This document shows, piece after piece, positions 13,721 to 16,287 of a stretch of DNA of 16,287 nucleotides. Origin of the DNA: an uncultured archaeon (GTDB taxonomy: Archaea; Asgardarchaeota; Jordiarchaeia; Jordiarchaeales; Jordiarchaeaceae). The stretch covers positions 1-16,287 of the forward strand of contig CAZECW010000021.1 of the NCBI GenBank assembly GCA_964510585.1. Reading direction: 5' to 3'. Below the pieces are notes generated by a model that was given only the letters and a program-made list of their open reading frames with translations, did not search any database and was not told where the DNA came from. The translations under genes and the position numbers were made by a program. The first letter of the stretch is position 1, and each line of letters starts with the position of its first letter.

Positions 13721-16287
13721 ATGAAGAAAAAGAGTCTCCTTCCAATCATACTTATCCTACTACTGACACTCTCAATGCTCGTAGTAATTTTAGCAGGAAA
13801 CACCCAGCTAACACTACCACTGAACTCATCCCAAAACTATCTAAACCCCACCGCAAAATCTTACACCGGAAGCGGAGACCAACTAAACGCCCTACTCTAC
13901 ATAACAAACAACACCATCACTACACCAAACGCTACAAGCACAAGCGACAACATATACATCCCATGTCCCAACGGCTGGAAAATCATCTGGACAAACATAA
14001 CAATTTCAAACATTAACGCACCAAACGTTACCATAGAACCAAATGCTAGCACCCCTGACGATAGTGTAAAATTAGGTTTTTATGCAATGTCATTCCGTTT
14101 AACAAGTAACGCATACTTGGATAAAGTCAGCGTGATGCTTAGAGTAAACAATGATGATTATGCAACCTTTTATGTTTACAGAGCGACTAATAATAATGGA
14201 GTGCCTATACCGAGTACTTACCAGAAGAGAATCAGTGACGTTTTTCTCAATAATGGAACCAATTACTGGTTGGATGTTGATTTCGGACATGAGTTTTTGA
14301 ATATCTCAGAAACTTTTGATAATACCTTTTTCATTGCCATCGAAGGTCAAGGGGAACTTGATGGATACTGGAGAGCTTTATCGGATAGTCCTCCACCAGG
14401 TGCTGGATACGTGTACAAGAGGGAGGCAACCTGGACGTTACAAGACTATGATTGTAAACTTAGGGTGAATGTTAGTGCAAGTCAGTTGGCGCCGGCTGAG
14501 AGCGCTTGGCCCTCGGATATTAACTTGACTATTAACGGTTCACAGGTTTCAGATGTTAGTAAGGGTAATGGTGAGTGGATTAATGATACTGTATCCCCTG
14601 TTTCAACGGGTTACATTTTCTTTGATGTGAATTCGACTTGGATGACTGATGTGAGTTTCTCTTATGTCTGGAATGTTACTTATGGTAAGGATGCTAGTGC
14701 TAATACCAATTTTGTTGTCAGTTATGATAGTGCTTCTTTTTGGAATGTGACGGTTGATGCTTCTGATGCTTTTCCCTTGACGGATAATGGTGTTAACCAC
14801 ATTAATATTACTGGGATTCCTCAGGACTGGGGAGACTCAAGCTCGATGGCTTACAATCAAACTGGTGATAGTTGGGTTGAGCTGCTTAGCCATCCGCCTG
14901 ACACTATTAGTTTCATTGCTAGTAATGGTACTTGGGTTGTGAATTGTACTGCTCCCAACTATGTTTCGGGAATTTCTTTTGGGGTTGACGGGGAACCAGT
15001 TGAAAACGCAACTCTCTACGACCTTCTCGACATTAATGTGCTTTTCAACACTTCCCTGAGAAGCAATGTTACTGGAACTGTCAACATCACAATTTATGAT
15101 CCGGGCCAAATCATGAATCATACTGACGAAAAAACAGTGAATCAGGCTACTAATACTTCGTTCAGCTGGGATGTTGGCAGCACGGCTAGCTCCACTGGAA
15201 CCTATAATGTTACTGTGAGTTTCCATGATGGTTTTGTTGTTGGCTATAATGAATCGCAACTCAGCGTTGTGTCTCTTGTGGGCACTCAGCTTGCTGTGAC
15301 TTGGTCTCCGCCACATTATGAGTATCCGGGGCCTGTTCCAGTACTCCTCCACTATAATAGGACTGATTCTGGTCAGGGGATAGCTGGAGCAAACATTTCT
15401 GCTTATTTTGAGAATAATACACCTATAACTATTCCGTCTCCTACCGATTATGGAAACGGCTCTTACAGGGTGGAGTTAAACTTCGGCACAGCCTTTGATG
15501 TTCACAGAGTGTACTTCAACGCCAGTAAACGCCTCTTCGAACCAGGTGTTTCCAGCCAAATTCAAATTAACTATACCAAGGTTTTGGTCAACATTATTTT
15601 GAATACGCCTCCGAGTGTGGTTCTCAACACCCCCTTAGTGGCTGCTGTTATGCTGCGTTATGCAACCAATAATTCTGCGTTCGCCAATCAGACTGTTAAC
15701 TTTAATTTTTCTTTGAGATTCACCAATGGCACAATCATAGTTATTCAGCGTAACAGTTTAACCAATTACGAGGGGAGGGCTGAAGCCTCCATCGTGGTGC
15801 CCCTGGACACTGTTGAGCTGAATGTTTCAGCCTTCTACAATGGTACAAGCACTGTTTTGGGTGTGGTGAGTTCCACAAATAGTGTTACTCTAACCAGTGA
15901 GATGGTTAACCCGCTGTTTATGGGCTTGTTTTCCTACATGTTCCTTACAGTTGCGCGGCAGAACCAGAATTTAACCTTCTATATTTTGGTTGGGGCCTTG
16001 TTGGCTTCTGTGGTTGCGGCTGGTGTGGTGGCGAGTAGGGTGCGTAGGAGGCGGCTGGTTCCTCTGAAGGCTTTGGCCAGTCTTGAGAACATTATTGTGG
16101 ATCATATTGCTACTGGTGCTACCTTGTGGTCGTTTGACTTTTTGAAGATGGAGCAGGATGTGACGCTGGTTTCTGGTTTTATGTCGGCGGTTAAGTCATT
16201 TATGGGTGAGATGCAAAAGGGTGGTCTAAGAAAACTGGAAACTGAGCTTGGTACCTTCATAAGGGAAGACGGAGACTTTTTAACGGC
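13721..16287 (+). CDS. Large single-pass surface glycoprotein with a cytoplasmic longin-like domain (3'-truncated, >=855 aa)
   Basis: Uninterrupted frame from ATG 13721 to the window end, absent from the ORF track because no stop is in the window. Signal peptide MKKKSLLPIILILLL; about 40 N-x-S/T sequons by hand count; TM FYILVGALLASVVAAGVVA (15977-16033); RVRRRR; then LENIIVDHIATGATLWSFDF...LVSGFMSAVKSFMGEM. Confidence 0.9.
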   Translation, partial: MKKKSLLPIILILLLTLSMLVVILAGNTQLTLPLNSSQNYLNPTAKSYTGSGDQLNALLYITNNTITTPNATSTSDNIYIPCPNGWKIIWTNITISNINAPNVTIEPNASTPDDSVKLGFYAMSFRLTSNAYLDKVSVMLRVNNDDYATFYVYRATNNNGVPIPSTYQKRISDVFLNNGTNYWLDVDFGHEFLNISETFDNTFFIAIEGQGELDGYWRALSDSPPPGAGYVYKREATWTLQDYDCKLRVNVSASQLAPAESAWPSDINLTINGSQVSDVSKGNGEWINDTVSPVSTGYIFFDVNSTWMTDVSFSYVWNVTYGKDASANTNFVVSYDSASFWNVTVDASDAFPLTDNGVNHINITGIPQDWGDSSSMAYNQTGDSWVELLSHPPDTISFIASNGTWVVNCTAPNYVSGISFGVDGEPVENATLYDLLDINVLFNTSLRSNVTGTVNITIYDPGQIMNHTDEKTVNQATNTSFSWDVGSTASSTGTYNVTVSFHDGFVVGYNESQLSVVSLVGTQLAVTWSPPHYEYPGPVPVLLHYNRTDSGQGIAGANISAYFENNTPITIPSPTDYGNGSYRVELNFGTAFDVHRVYFNASKRLFEPGVSSQIQINYTKVLVNIILNTPPSVVLNTPLVAAVMLRYATNNSAFANQTVNFNFSLRFTNGTIIVIQRNSLTNYEGRAEASIVVPLDTVELNVSAFYNGTSTVLGVVSSTNSVTLTSEMVNPLFMGLFSYMFLTVARQNQNLTFYILVGALLASVVAAGVVASRVRRRRLVPLKALASLENIIVDHIATGATLWSFDFLKMEQDVTLVSGFMSAVKSFMGEMQKGGLRKLETELGTFIREDGDFLT

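Noticed and set aside
12636-13803. ORFs 12636-12932, 12745-12954, 13464-13676, 13615-13803
   Set aside because: They arise from low-complexity skewed sequence and overlap promoter regions.

Overview
Archaeal genomic window, most likely from an Asgard archaeon (inferred from BRE/TATA promoters, archaeal VapBC modules and a membrane-anchored longin-like SGFxSA domain). The left third (1-5.7 kb) is an accessory, decaying region. It holds a 139-bp AT-rich imperfect palindrome, two related IS200/IS605-derived non-autonomous elements with ISHp608-type ends and a conserved omegaRNA-like fold but no tnpA/tnpB, and four same-strand toxin-antitoxin modules (one intact VapBC, two with inactivated toxins, one broken antitoxin). 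It also holds an orphan 174-aa ORF and a start-less TOPRIM-like ORF. The right two thirds encode an MFS transporter, a 7-TM protein with a small profilin/roadblock-like partner, a GH172 (DUF2961) glycosidase, a multi-Fe-S protein and two tandem paralogous small membrane proteins. The window ends in a >=855-aa ORF missing from the supplied track: signal peptide, heavily N-glycosylated ectodomain, one TM helix and a cytoplasmic longin-like domain. No CRISPR array, tRNA or rRNA was seen. All calls are by eye, without database searches.
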